Assembly: GCA_038087875.1 (NCBI GenBank)
Contig: JAXLNO010002638.1
Coordinates: 1-64,000, forward strand
Length of the DNA stretch: 64,000 bases
Direction: 5' to 3'
Source of the DNA: Malacoraja senta
Taxonomy: Eukaryota
Positions 48,600 to 61,410 of the stretch are shown here, piece by piece; position 1 is the first letter of the stretch; each line of letters opens with the position of its first letter. The translations under genes were made by a program, and so were the position numbers. A model generated the notes under the pieces. The model had not been told where the DNA came from. It did not search any database and worked only from the letters and a program-made list of their open reading frames with translations.

Positions 48600-49085
48600 C
48601 TACAAGACAGTAAGATGGTTATTTTCACCTTCATTAAAACTTCCACAGTCACCCACCACAAAATATTCTTCAGTCTACTACAACAAGCAAGTTACTGTCC
48701 ACATCTGCCCCATTTTGCCTCTATCGTCACCATCAACCAACCACGTGGTTTAAAAGGGATCATACGCTCCCTGTTAAGACAGTACACAACAAAGTTTGAA
48801 AGTACGTACCATTAAATTCAGGAGCAGTTTCTTCCCCACTGTTATTGGACTACTGAATGATTCTCATGTAAGATAAGATGTTGTCCTGATCTTCCAACCA
48901 ATCTCATTGTGAACCTTGCAACTCTTTTTGATCTGCACTTTCTCTGTAACTGTAATGCCATGATATTGTAAACCGATATTCTGCACTCTGAGTAGTTTTC
49001 TCTTTGCGCTGTTCTACTTGTGGATGGCTTGATTGCACATGTGTAGTATGATCTGATTGGATAACACACAAACTTTTGACTATAT

Positions 49086-49373
49086 TGTGGCGGCAGCCTA
49101 TACACGGGCCACTTATGCTCGAACCCTCGTTAGGAAGTACGAGGGCGGGCACGTGACGTCATGGGCTAGAGGGAGTGTCCTGGTACTTAAGGTCATCTCA
49201 CCTCGAGACCTTGAGGAGTTCAACCCGTAGCTGAGCCCGAGGGAACAACCTCGCTCAGCGACAGCAACACTGTTATGATAGTCGGCACCCACCTAACGTG
49301 TCAGCACTGAATAAACGACTCTTTGAACCGGCCTGACGTCTCACCTTTATTCACCACGTTTGGTGCCGCTACA
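49086..49373 (+). mobile_element. Solo LTR, probably Ty3/Gypsy-like
   Basis: TGTGGCGGCA...TGCCGCTACA terminal inverted repeats, 4-bp TSD ATAT, internal AATAAA; 288 bp. Confidence 0.8.
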
Positions 49374-50159
49374 ATATCTCAGTTCACGTGACAATAAAAA
49401 CTAATACCAACGGCAAATCTTTTCACTAGGGCACATTATTGACAATAATAAATAATTGACAAGTTACGAAATGAGGGCCAATTGGGGAGGGGCAAGCTTA
49501 AAATTGGCAGTATTTTCACTCCTCTTCAATAAGAGATAAAAGAGACCAGTCATTTGTTTACAAAATCTCTTTTTGCAGAGTGTGGTCATTCTCTGGCGCC
49601 AGAGATTTGTGAAGACAAAATCATTGGAAGTATTTAATGTGGCGGTAGTTAAACTTTTGAAAGATTTGAGAATTGAGTGCAATGAGGAACTGGCACCGAA
49701 CAGGAGTTGATGCCTGAGGAACGTCAGCCATGGTCATATTGAATGGTGGGCAGGTTAGAGGACCAAATGGCTTACTCGGAAACTTGATAACTGAGGAGAA
49801 AATCAGGCTTCTGAATGATCGTTCCATAAGCTAGGGTACTGTCCAATTGACCACTACCCCATTACAGACAGTGGACTTTGTTTATGGAACTATACAGGAA
49901 GGAACTGTAGATGCTGGTTTAAACCGCAGATAGACACAAAATGCTAGAGTAACTCAACGGGTCAGGCAGCATCTCTGGAGAGAAGGAATGTGTCACGTTT
50001 TGTGTCGAAACCCTTATCTAATGGAACTGGTGTACTACATTGCTGAGAACTATATGCCACACTCTGTACCTTCCCCTTTGCTCTACCTTCAGTACTTGAG
50101 TTGACTTGATCATATATATGTATGTTGTTATCTCATCCAATTGGATAGCATGCAACTAC

Positions 50160-50430
50160 CTGGAAAGTTGCTGCCTTACAGTACCACAGACCAAAGTTCA
50201 ATCCTGACAATGGGTGGTGTCTATATAGAGTTCATATATTCTCTCTGTGACCATGTGAGTTATCTCCGGGTGCTACAGTTCCGTCACATTCAAAGACGTG
50301 CAGGTTTGTAAGTTTTTTGGCTTCTGTAAATTGTCCCTAGTGTGTAGGATAGAACTAATATTTGGGTGGTCGTTAGTCAGCACAGGTTCAGTGGGCCAAA
50401 AGGCCTATTTCAATGCTGTACCTCGAAACT
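50160..50430 (+). mobile_element. V-SINE (HE1-like)
   Basis: Same SINE core. Confidence 0.7.
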
Positions 50431-52144
50431 AAACGTGACAATAATAATCCGAAACTTATCCCTGTGCCTATCTGTAGATTAGTGTCACTCATACTGTGGC
50501 TCCGCCCACAGGCTTATTAGACAGCTCTCTCTCTGGTAGACTGGTAGTAAGCATGCTGAGAAGAAAGCACCTTGTGTTTCCTCTGCAAAGTTACTAATAA
50601 CCACTATGTGTGAGGTTGATCATTCTTCCAACACTATCTCTTGTGTTGTTACGTCTCTGGAACTAAGTGGTAGCTGCGCTTAACTTTGTTGTAGCATAAC
50701 TGTTTATGCTGAACAATTCATGAAAAAAGTCTAAAAAGGATTAAAAAAACAAGTGATTCCAGCATGTTGAAAGATAATTGGGACTGATGCGTAATGGGTG
50801 GCACTGCGGCACAGTTCCAGTGACGAGGGTTCGGTCACAATCTTGAAACAGAAAAACTTAAACTGAGGCAGGCGCCTCAACTTCATCAATCCAGTGCTGT
50901 TATGACACTGAGCCTTAACATGAGAAAATTAGAAATTGGGTATTTCCTTAGGGCAAAATCATACTTCTCAGAGACTTGAAAGCTGCAAGATAGTACTGGA
51001 ATGTGGTGGATCTCTGCGTGCTGTTCCAGAAGAGGACGAATTGTACTTATGTACAGTATGACTTGACTGGGGAGAATGCAGAACAACCATTTCACTGCAG
51101 ATTGACACAAAAAGCTGGAGTAACTCAGCGGGACAGGCAGCATCGCTGGAGAGAAGGGACGGGGTGTCCAGCATCTGCTGTTCCATCCAAACCATTTCAC
51201 TGCATCTCTGCATGCATGAAAATAAACAGAGTTATATAAAATGCAGACATACTGCAGTACTCAAGTAGGTCAGGCTGTCATGATTTTGCTGGTGGATAAC
51301 TTTACTGTAATTAAAAAACACACAAAAACGTGCAGGTGTAACTCAGTGGTTCAGGCAGCATCTGGAAGACATGGTTATGTAATCTTTCAGCTTGGGATCC
51401 TGCTTCATACTTCTTGCATCTGTTCTTTCTGTCTTCAACTTAACAGTTGAAAGGACCAGTTCTTTTATCGACAGGGAATGCAACTTGTTGAATGTGGAAT
51501 TGAGTTTGAAAGGCTGCAACATGTCCAGACAGAAGCTGAGTTGTTTGTCCTCATGGACACTTTCACCCTTGTTAGCCTAGTGTAAGAGAAACAGATGGAT
51601 GGATCATGGTGGGTGTTGAATGGAGAATTAGAGTGGCAGGAATTAGGAATCTTAGAAAGTCCCATGGATTGAATGCAGGTTCTCCAGAAAGCAGCCATTC
51701 TATTTGTTTCATTGATGCAATGTGGAAGATTACGTCATGAAAACTAACTGCAGTAGATTTGACTGGAAGTCCAAGTGTTTCACGCTGTTTCACTTTGAAG
51801 AACTGCCTGGGTCTATGGAAAGTGGTAAATGGATAGATGTTGCTTGCACCAAGACAGGAAAGTAGAGGAAAGTTGTGGGGATAGTAGACAGACCAGGGAG
51901 CGAAAAAGGGAATGACTACTTCAAGATATAGAATGGGGAGCAGGGCAGGAGGGGAGGGAGAAATGGATTGACTAATTGAATCAGATTTAAACTGGGAGTA
52001 AGTATTCAACATGGAGGCTGGAGGAGTGGAAAACATATCCCTGCCCTGTCCAATGAGAATATATAGAACATAGAACAGTACAAGAACAGGACTTTCAGCC
52101 TGCAATGTCCATGTGGAACAGGATACCAAGTTAAACTAAGGCAA

Positions 52145-52430
52145 CACAGAGGCACAGTGATAGAGTGGCTGTCTTACAGCATTAGAGACCCGGGTTCGAT
52201 CCTGACTAGAGTGCTGTCTGGACGGAGTTTGTACGTTCTCTCTGTCACCCTGTGGGTTTTCTCTGGGGGCTCCGGTTTCCTCCCAAATACAAAAGACATG
52301 CAGGTTAATTGGCTTCTGTAAATTGTCCCTAGCTTGTAGGACAGAAATAGTGAATGGGCAATTGCTGGTCAGTGCAGACTCAGTGGCACAAAGGTGCTGT
52401 TTCCATACTCTATCTCTAAACTAAACCAAA
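52145..52430 (+). mobile_element. V-SINE (HE1-like)
   Basis: gacccgggttcgatcctgact..ggtttcctccca core. Confidence 0.75.
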
Positions 52431-52739
52431 ACTAATCTCCACTGCCTGCATGTGATCCATATCCTTGTATTCCCTGCATACCCACGAGCCTGTCCAAAAC
52501 TTTCTTAAGCACCATTATCATGTCCTCCTCTACCACCACTCCTGGTAGCGCATTCTAGGTATCAAGCTGTCTCTGTGCAAAAAAACACTTGACCTGCACA
52601 TCTCGTGTAAATTTTGCCCTTCGAAGCTTAACGCTGTGCTCTTTTGAGATGTGTGATAGACATGCAATCCCATTAGGGGCTGTCAACTGTGGTCAAGAAA
52701 ATCCATGGTTAACTAATATGAAAGACATCAATTGAATCA

Positions 52740-55085
52740 TACAAAATAGTGAAAGACTGTTTGCCTTTTGATATTGGTTCAATTATATTTGCTCCCACAA
52801 AATTGCATTAAAAAACCTATAGTGAAAATTCTATAATATATAGTGGTATACGAATTTGGAAACAATTAAAAAAGACTTTAAAATTGGATAATTTATCACT
52901 CTGTCTCCCCATTATAAACAACCCTTTATTCAAACCTTCCATGTTGGATAAAGGCTTTACACAATGGAAAAATTATGGAATTAAAAAGATGGGACATCTT
53001 TCTAGGAAATGCACTTTTCTTTCATTTCAGGAGTTACAACAGATTTACGGACCACACTCAAATAACTTTTTCAGATATTTACAACTTAAAGATTACATTA
53101 AATCAAATACACAAGATTACAGAACTAGGGAACCAGAAATCCTTGATGAATGTTTGAATAAACATCCTAATACAGAAAAATTAATATCTCATATTTATAA
53201 TACCCTCTTAGATAGTGAGGTCCCGCTGACGGATTTATATGGGAAAATGAATTAGGCCAACCCATAACGAAAGATATTTGGGACTAAAGTCTACAATATA
53301 TACATAAATGCTCGTTAAATGCCAGACATGCCTTAATACAATTTAAAGTATTACATAGATGACATTATTCTTAAACAAAATTAAATAGAATCTTCCCACA
53401 TATCTCTCCTATTTGTGATAAATGCCAGCATTTAGAGGTTAACTTAACTCATACCTTTGTAAATTGTATACAAATCAAAAATTTCTGGAAGGACATTTTC
53501 AGAATAATTTATGAAGTAGTCAATAATAATAATAATAATAATTATAAATTTTATTTATGGGCGCCTTTCAAGAGTCTCAAGGACACCTTACAGTATTTAA
53601 CAAGTAAAAAAACATATAATCGGAGTAAAATAAATAGTAAAGACATCACCAATAGACAAATTAAAGACAGAATTCGATCCAAAAACAAAAAAATCAGAAA
53701 CACAATGTGACGAGAGAGCAGCGGCAGCTAAACCGCGCCAGCGTACACTCTCCCTTCCAGCAGCCATCTTGGACACAGACTAAAATAATCACTAACACAC
53801 AGAAATCATCCCCCCCACTGGATGGTTACCACTGTGGGGGAAGGCACAATGTCCAGTCCCCATCCCCAGTTCTCCCAAAGTCAGGCCTATTGAGGCCTCA
53901 GCTATTGCCTCTACGGAGGCCCGATGTTCCTGGCCGTTCTCGCCGGGTGCTGTTGCCCCGGCGTCGGGAGAGTCCTCTCAGCGGCTGGGCCACCTGGAAC
54001 AGCCGCTTCCCTACCGAAGTCCGCGGCTTCCGAAGCCGACAAGGCCGCGCCGGTTTGGAGCTCCCAGACTCCCGATGTTGATGTCGGCACCGCCCGCTCC
54101 ACTCCGCAGACCCGCAGCCCGGAGGTGTTGACCTCGGCAGTCACAGCTCACCGGAGCTCCTGCGCGTCGATCCAGCGTGGCGACCCAGGCAAGGCATCGC
54201 CCGCTCCAGCGCTATGCCGCCACCGAAGCCGAGGTGCTGGGCGGTCCCCTCCAGGAAAACGGCGCTCCACGCCCGCTGGTAGGCCACGAGGACGGGTCGA
54301 CGGGGCAGCCCGGAGAAAAAGCTGCCTCACCGACCAGGTAGGGACCTAGAAATATAGTTACCCCCTTCCCCCTACATTAAAAAGTCTATTTCTCCCACAA
54401 ACAGGACTCACTAGAACTACAAAAAAAAGTGAATTAAACGGACAGCTGCTGACCTAGCAGCCGTTCCCCAAGATGGCCCCTCCCCTTCTGGATCCCGACT
54501 CAAAACTAATAATATTAGGAATATCAGAACAAAGCCTAAGCCTTATAATAAACCAAAGAAACGTTTTTGATTATAGTATAATAATTGGGAAAAATTAATA
54601 TTAACATTTTGGAAAGGTCCTATAACCCCCACAATTAAAATGTGGATTATGGAAATATCAGAGACCTTACATTTGGAAAGAACTAGACTTGTCTTAATTG
54701 ACAAACATGAATTATTTAATAGAATATGGTCTCCATTTATTGATTTTTTGAAAGGGTAAATTGGTTCAGCATGGGAATCTGACTGAAATCCAAGCTCAGG
54801 ATTAGATGAATAGTTATGCTTTATAACCTACGGACCTATCTCCAAAGTTGTATTATTGGCAAATTATTCCATTCTTCTTTATCATGCCTTTTTTTAAATT
54901 TCTCACTTTCTATCTATAAAAAAATAAAAAAATAAATAGAAGCAGATTTAATATACAATTGATAAATGAGGACCACTATTATTTTGATAGCTGGACTCCC
55001 ACCTATTAGCAAAGTAGGATTGATATATAAGAAATGTTTGTATTATGATATGCACATGCTTCTAATAACAATATTTTTTTTTAAA
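52740..55085 (+). mobile_element. L1-clade 3' fragment interrupted at 53522-54477
   Basis: IRIWKQ..NLSLCLPIINNPLFKPSMLDK..ICDKC, homologous to the 44970 ORF; resumes after the insert. Confidence 0.8.
53522..54477 (-). mobile_element. GC-rich non-autonomous retroelement with L2-like 3' tail
   Basis: Minus strand ends tgtaaggtgtccttgagactcttgaaaggcgcccataaataaaatttat(aat/tta)n; non-coding GC-rich body. Confidence 0.65.
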
Positions 55086-55089
55086 CAAA

Positions 55090-55430
55090 CAAATAGTGAA
55101 AGGCTTGGATAGATGTGGATGTGGAGAGGATGTCTCCAATGGTGGGAGAGTCTACGACGAGAGGTCATAGTCTCAATATTAAAGGACATTCCTTTAGGAA
55201 AGAGATGAGGAGGAATTTATTTTGTCAGAGGGTGGTGATTCTGTGTAATTATTTGCCACAGAAGGCTGTGGAGTCCGTCAATGGATATTTTTAATTCTTG
55301 ATTAGTATGCACGTCAGGGGTTATGGGGAGAAGGCAGGAGAATGGGGTTAGGAGGGAGAGATAGATCAGCCATGATTGACTGGCGAAGTCGACTTGATGG
55401 GCCGAATGTTCTAATGCTGCAGCCATTACT
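55090..55430 (+). mobile_element. CR1 3' end
   Basis: FRKEMRRNLFCQRVVIL.. plus tail. Confidence 0.75.
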
Positions 55431-55731
55431 TATGACCTTATGACTCAGTTGGCTTCCTCCATGTGCTCCAGTTTTGTCCAATATACCAAAAACATGCCGG
55501 TGAGTTAGTTGGACATTGCAAATTATCCGTCGTGGAGCTGAATGCAAGGAGAATCCGAGGGAGCTGAGTGCAAGTTGTGAGAGAGAGCTGTGGAACAGTT
55601 TGTCGACATTGCATAGAAAACTAGCATAGAATCAATGGGCCGAATGACCTTTCCCTCTGTCATGATTGGGTCAGAGATAATATTACTCATTGCCTACCAT
55701 CACAAAACAACATCCTTTGTTCTGAACTCAC

Positions 55732-56007
55732 CTTTTCTGGTCAGGTATGTCTTTCCAATTGCATAGTATGTAAGCCATAGATCCACACAGTCATGTTCTA
55801 ACAAGCTCTTGAAATAACGGTTCATTTTTTCATTCTTGTCCCATTTCTCTTTGAAGGGCTCAGCTATTGGATCATGCACCGTCCACTTTAGCTTGTCCTT
55901 ATCAAAACTAAATGCATATCTTCCATCAAAAGCCAACTTCAATATCCCTACAGTGGGACTGTGATCGTTCACCTCACAACCAAACTGTCCTTGAACGTAG
56001 TGATAAT
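55732..56007 (-). CDS. MHC class I-like gene, alpha2 exon (nonclassical)
   Basis: atttttatttcag| acceptor, 276 nt, G|gtgag donor. DYHYVQGQFGC..AFDG..W..KEKW..LLEHDC..YYAIGK; Cys pair 63 residues apart as in C101-C164. Confidence 0.93.
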
Positions 56008-56164
56008 CTGAAATAAAAATAAAAATCATTATTTGATTAATTGTTATGACTGGGTAATTTCTGAACACCAGGGTCCAAGTCATTTATATATGTCACAAGT
56101 ATCAAGGGTCACAGCACAGATCCCTGCAGAACTCTACTTGTCACTGAACTACAGCCTGAATATT

Positions 56165-56600
56165 TGGCCTTCCGTACAACTGTAGAGACCATATTATTGT
56201 ATGGGTGTGATGCATGGACTCTCACTCCAGCACTGTCCTAGTCTCTCGATGGTACCTACACCCGAATGCTCGGAAAAGTTCAAAATGTCAGATGGAGGGA
56301 CCACATCACCAACGCCCAGCTCTATGGGGAGAATCCACCTCTGACCGAGAAGATCACGTTGAGAAGGATGAGGCTCGCAGGTCACTGGCTCCGCCACCCA
56401 GAAATGCCAGCGAACAAGGTTGTGCTGTGGGAACCCACCCATGGAAGACTTGACCCAGGATGGCCAATCAAGACGATGGTGAAGACGTTGATGGAAGACG
56501 CATGTGTAGAGACAAAAGAGGAGCTTGCCAGTTGCATGGAGGAGAGATGTGTGGTGCGTCCGTCACCGTGCCCGTCGGAAACCAGCACGGCACTAATGTT
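56165..56600 (+). mobile_element. RTE-clade LINE 3' fragment
   Basis: FRTTVETILLYGCDAWTLT..YTRML..NVRWRDHITNAQLY..RRMRLAGHWLRHPE. Confidence 0.8.
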
Positions 56601-56744
56601 TTCAACGATTATCATTATCATCCACTACACCCCTCTGTCCTGGGGATTTATCCACATTTCTCTTCAAGTGATCCAACATCTCCTTCATGCTTAACTTCAA
56701 AGTGTCCCTGCATGTTAGCATTCTCCACATTGATTCTCCATGTG

Positions 56745-57530
56745 TAAGAAAGAACTGCAGATGCTGCAAATGTTAAAATCGAAGAGAGACACAAAATGCT
56801 GGCGTAACTCAGCGGGTCAGGCAGCTTCCCTGGAGAGATGGAATGGGCATTGTTTTGGGTCGAGACCCTTCTTCAGACTGATGTCAGGGGAGGGACAAAG
56901 ATAGAATGTCGGCGGAGACAGTAAGACTGGTGGCAGAATTGGGAAGGGGGAGGGGATGGAGAGAGAAATCAAGGGCTATCGAAAGTTATAGAAGTCAATG
57001 TTCATACCGCTGGAGTATAGACTACCCAAGCGAAATATGAGGTGCTGTTCCTCCAATGTGGGCTGGGCCTCACTCTGACAATGGAGGAGGCCTAGGACAG
57101 AAAGGTCAGATTGGGAATGGGAGGGGGAGTTGAAGTGCTGAGCCACCGGGAGATCGGGTAGGGTAAGACGGACTGAGCGGATGTGTTCAGCAAAACGATC
57201 ACCGAGCCAGCGCTTGGTCTCACTGATGTAGAGAAGTTGACAACTGAAACAGCGGATACAGTAGATGAGGTTGGAAGAGGTGCAAGTGAACTTCTGCCTC
57301 ACCTGGAAAGACTTTAGGTCCTTGGACGGAGTCGAGGGGGGACGTAAAGGGACAGGTGTTGCATCTCCTGCGGTTGCAGGGGAAAGTATCCAGGGAGCGG
57401 GTGGTTTGGGTGTGAAGGGACGAGTTGACTAGGGAGTTTCGGAGGGAACGGTCTCTGCGGAAAGCAGAAAGGGGTGGAGATGGGAAGATGTGACCAGTAG
57501 TGGGATCCCGTTGGAGGTGGCAAAAATGTT
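56745..57530 (-). mobile_element. Penelope-like element fragment: GIY-YIG endonuclease plus terminal repeat
   Basis: FTCTSSNLIYCIRC..LLYISETKRWLGDRFAEH..VAQHFN..EQHLIFRLGSL..GMN, followed by a terminal sequence with a hammerhead-like core at 56878-56850. Confidence 0.9.
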
Positions 57531-57689
57531 GGAGGATTTTATGATGTACTTACTATTAATGGTCCTTACTATTCTACATGTCTTCCTTGGTGAAACCAAA
57601 CCTCGCCTATATCCACAAACTCCAGGCACATATTCCCTTCTATATCCTTAAGCAATCCACCTTTTGTTGCAATGGTTGCCTCGCCAACA

Positions 57690-58345
57690 GTATGTCTGTC
57701 CCTTCCTTCTTTGTGTCCGTTTTGTACGTGTTAAATGTATATTCTTTAGTGTTCTTTAGCTTGTTTTGGGGGGGGGGGAGTTGTGGGAAACTTTTCCTAA
57801 TCTCTTACCTCGACGTTGATGCGATATTTTCTGTATCGTATCTCCGTCCACAATGCGGCCTAACATTGAGGAATGGCGGCCTTTGCTAGAGATCGACCGG
57901 GAGCTCCATCGCAGGAGCCTGTGGACTTACCATCATGGAGCTCGCAATCCCTGTCGGGGATCGACTTTAGGGTTCCAACTGTGAGAGCCTGCAAGACTTT
58001 AACATCGCGGAGCCCGCGGTCCTCGGTCGAGACCAACATCCGGGATCTCCAAGCCGCAGGAGTTTCGACCGCTCCGATGTGGGAGTTTCGATTCCCCAAC
58101 GGGGGTTTCGACTACCGACTGCAGATTGTTTGACTGCCCCGACCGCGGGAGATAAAGAGGAAGGACATTAGACTTTATTGCCTTCCATCACAGTGAGGAA
58201 CGTGCGGTCTCCTCTGTTGTGGATGTTTATGTTAACTTTTATGTTATTGTGTGTCTTGTTGCTTTTTTTTGTATGGTGTATGGTAGTCTGCATTTCAATG
58301 TACCTTAATTGGTATATGTGACATTAAACTAACCATGAAACCTTG
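57690..58345 (+). mobile_element. GC-rich non-autonomous retroelement
   Basis: CpG-rich body, GCCTTCCATCACAGTG core, AT-rich LINE-like tail (..ggtatatgtgacattaaac). Confidence 0.55.
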
Positions 58346-60934
58346 AAAAAGATGTGGGATTTTCTGTAATCCGACTCACTAAAGCCACTTTGTGGCCTTT
58401 ATTAGCCCCTTTAGTTTTAAGCTTTAGAGGAGTGGTTCTTAATCTTTTTTGCCCCCGACCCCATCAGGCATTCTTGATCAGTACCATGACCTCTGAAACA
58501 AAATTTGAAAAAAAACAGCCCGATTTATTAAAACATGTCAGCCAATGCTCAGTCAATGGGATGGCTGAAATTGCTTCGCAGTCATCAGGCAATCAAAACG
58601 AGCACGAATGCTCGACAGGCAGCATCTCATGTCAATCACAAGCCTATTGCGTACCTTCGTTTTCAGAGTTACCATAGTTGAGAATCCACCCTCACAGTGA
58701 GAGGTTGAGGGGGACTGGACCAATAGGGTCAGGGCCCTCTTCGAAAGAGCAGGACAGTCCTTCACTTTCAGCCAAAACGTGGCGAGCTGTTGTTCCATGA
58801 AGTCACTCTTGAGCTGCGCATCTTCACGAATTCGGTAAAATTCAACCTTCGCAGTTACGTCAGTATCACTGATGCCACCGTCTTCAACGGAAAAGGGACG
58901 GATGATCAACTGATCACGAGAGCGGTCGTCCAGTCCGGGGAAGTAACGTTCGATGGCTTCACTAATTGCCAGAAGGTGGGTTGAGATCTCCTCGTGGAAG
59001 TGGCATTCAGCATCAGGCGTAGCATCCAGGAGAGTCATCATCTCAGGGAAGATAGCCGTGTCACCATCGTGGACTCTTCTCTGGTAAAGGTTCCTCCTGA
59101 ATGCTGCCACTTTGTCACGAGCCGTGTGTAGCATTGGGATGTTTCCTTGAAGTGACAGGTTCAAGGAATTCACCTCAGCGAAGAAGTCAGCCAAGTAAGC
59201 AACCTTCATCACGAACAGTTCAACCTGCATCTTTTCATGAAGCTGATTCTCCTTCTCAGTACACCTTCTCTCCAAGAATAACGCTATTTCCTCTCAACGT
59301 TGAATCACATGATTGAGAACTTTACCACGCAAAAGCCAGCGCACCTCTGTGTGGAATAACAGAATAGTGAAATCGGCGCCCATTTCTTCACACATCGCTT
59401 TGAAGATTCTTGAGTTTGTTGCGCTCTGTCGGATGTGGTTCACAATCTTCACCACACCTGAAAACACTTCTAGAAGACCAAGAGGGAGAGTCTTCATCGC
59501 TAAAGCAAGGCGATGTATCATGCAGTGGGGGAAGGAGACATGTGGAGCGACATCATTCACGAAGGCTTGGAAACCGGATCTGCAACCGACCATGGAAGGT
59601 GCCCCAACTGTACACATCCCGACAAGGCATTCCCAGCCAAGCTCATGTTTGATGAGGAAGGCTTCCAGCATTCTGAACACATCTTCTCACCGAGTGGCAG
59701 TAGCCAATGGCTCCGAGAACAGGTACTTCTCCATTGAGGTAACGAACGTAGACTAGCAGTTGGGAACATGAGGCAACATCTGTTGACTCGCCCAGTTGCA
59801 GTGAATACACTGGATTGCTCATCACAGCCCTCACTACTTGCAGCAGAATATCATTACTCATATCCGAGATTCAACTTTTAACTGTTTAATTCAAAATGGA
59901 AATCTGCCTGAACTTGTTTGACTGCTCTTCCCCAGCACCAATTTCGCTGTTTCGAGAAGGCGTGGCTTGATAAGCTCTTCACCGATGGTGTGAGGTTTCT
60001 TAGTCTGTGCGATTCGATAAGCAATCTGGTATGAAGCCTCCAACGCTGCTTCATTTTGATGAGCGCAGTGACCCGTTGAATACATGCGAGAACCCTTGAG
60101 TACGGCTTCTTTTCGTTTGAAATAGTCCACGCTCTTTTTCGCCAGGTTACTGTGACAAGACTCCAAATGGATCTTCAGTTTGCTGGGCTTCATGCTCTCG
60201 TGACTCTAAACCTTGGCACAGAGAACACATCGCGGCTTGACCACGGATTTTGAACAATGCTTGTGAAGCCCAACTTGAGAAATGTTTCACTATACGTGCG
60301 CGTCTTGGAAGACATGGTTCACAACACACACTGTTTGTGCGTGTATACGCAGGGCCTCAGAGGAATTTTATCAGTGGGTACAAAGTTTCTTTTGGGCCCC
60401 CTTCCCTTCTCCATTAGTCATCCTGTTTTTATCCGCTATGCTACAGTTTTATGCCATGAGCTGTAGCCTGCACGGCAAAAAGGGGTATGGAAGATTAGTG
60501 AGGGGTGGAATGGGGCGCTCTGTTGATTTTTTGCATTTGAGGCCTTATGCCCCTATACACCCTCCATGATAAATATAAATAAGTATAAATAACATAAAAG
60601 GATCAGAAAGCACATTTGTTTTCCTTCACTCTATAGATGCTGCCTCACCCGTTGAGTTTCTCCAGCATTTTATCTAGCTTTGTTTTGAACATCTTTGTTT
60701 ATGCTACAATACAAATAAGGAGAAAGAATTCACATTGAAACATCCTTTTATGTTTCAATGCAGATCATATCATCAAAAGACATAATTATTAGTAAAAAGT
60801 AAAAGTTTTACTTTTATTATATAAATTTACTTTATATAAAGAGCTTTGCTGGCCTTTTTTGTGAAAAATGTCAAATCACAGCATGAAAATGTATTGTTCT
60901 GGCAATGTTTGATTCAATACTATTGATTCAATAC

Positions 60935-61410
60935 GTTGACACCGTGGAGCTGTGGTCTGCGGAGCTTCTAGCCGCGGGCGTGGCATGGACTTACCATCCG
61001 GAGTCTGGGATCCCTTGCCGGGGATCACCAGAGACGAGCTCGAACCGCTGGCCTGCGGCCTATAAGATCCTGAAGCTGCGGTCTCCAGTAGGAAAGTGCC
61101 GAGTCGGGACCTCCAAGCCGCAGAGTGTGTTTGTCCGTCCCAACGTCGGAGTTTGGATCATCCTGACGAGAGTGCCTTGTACATCGGTCCGTCCCTAGAT
61201 GCGACTACGGAGGGGTTATGGCCCCGAACACGGGTGAACAAAGGAGGAGGACTGGCTGAAACGTGTTGCCTTCCACCACAGTGAAGAATGCTGTAGTGAA
61301 TGTTTGTGTTCAATTTTATTGTGTATTGTGTGTTTTTTAACGTGTATCACTGCTGGCAAATTCATTTCACTGCACCTTCGTGTGTATGTGATGAATAAAA
61401 CTGACTTTGA
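60935..61410 (+). mobile_element. GC-rich non-autonomous retroelement inserted in the nested hAT transposase remnant
   Basis: GCCTTCCACCACAGTG core; Rex1-like tail (ttcactgcacc..gtgatgaataaaactgactttga). Splits ..LARLSI|ESNIAR... Confidence 0.65.
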
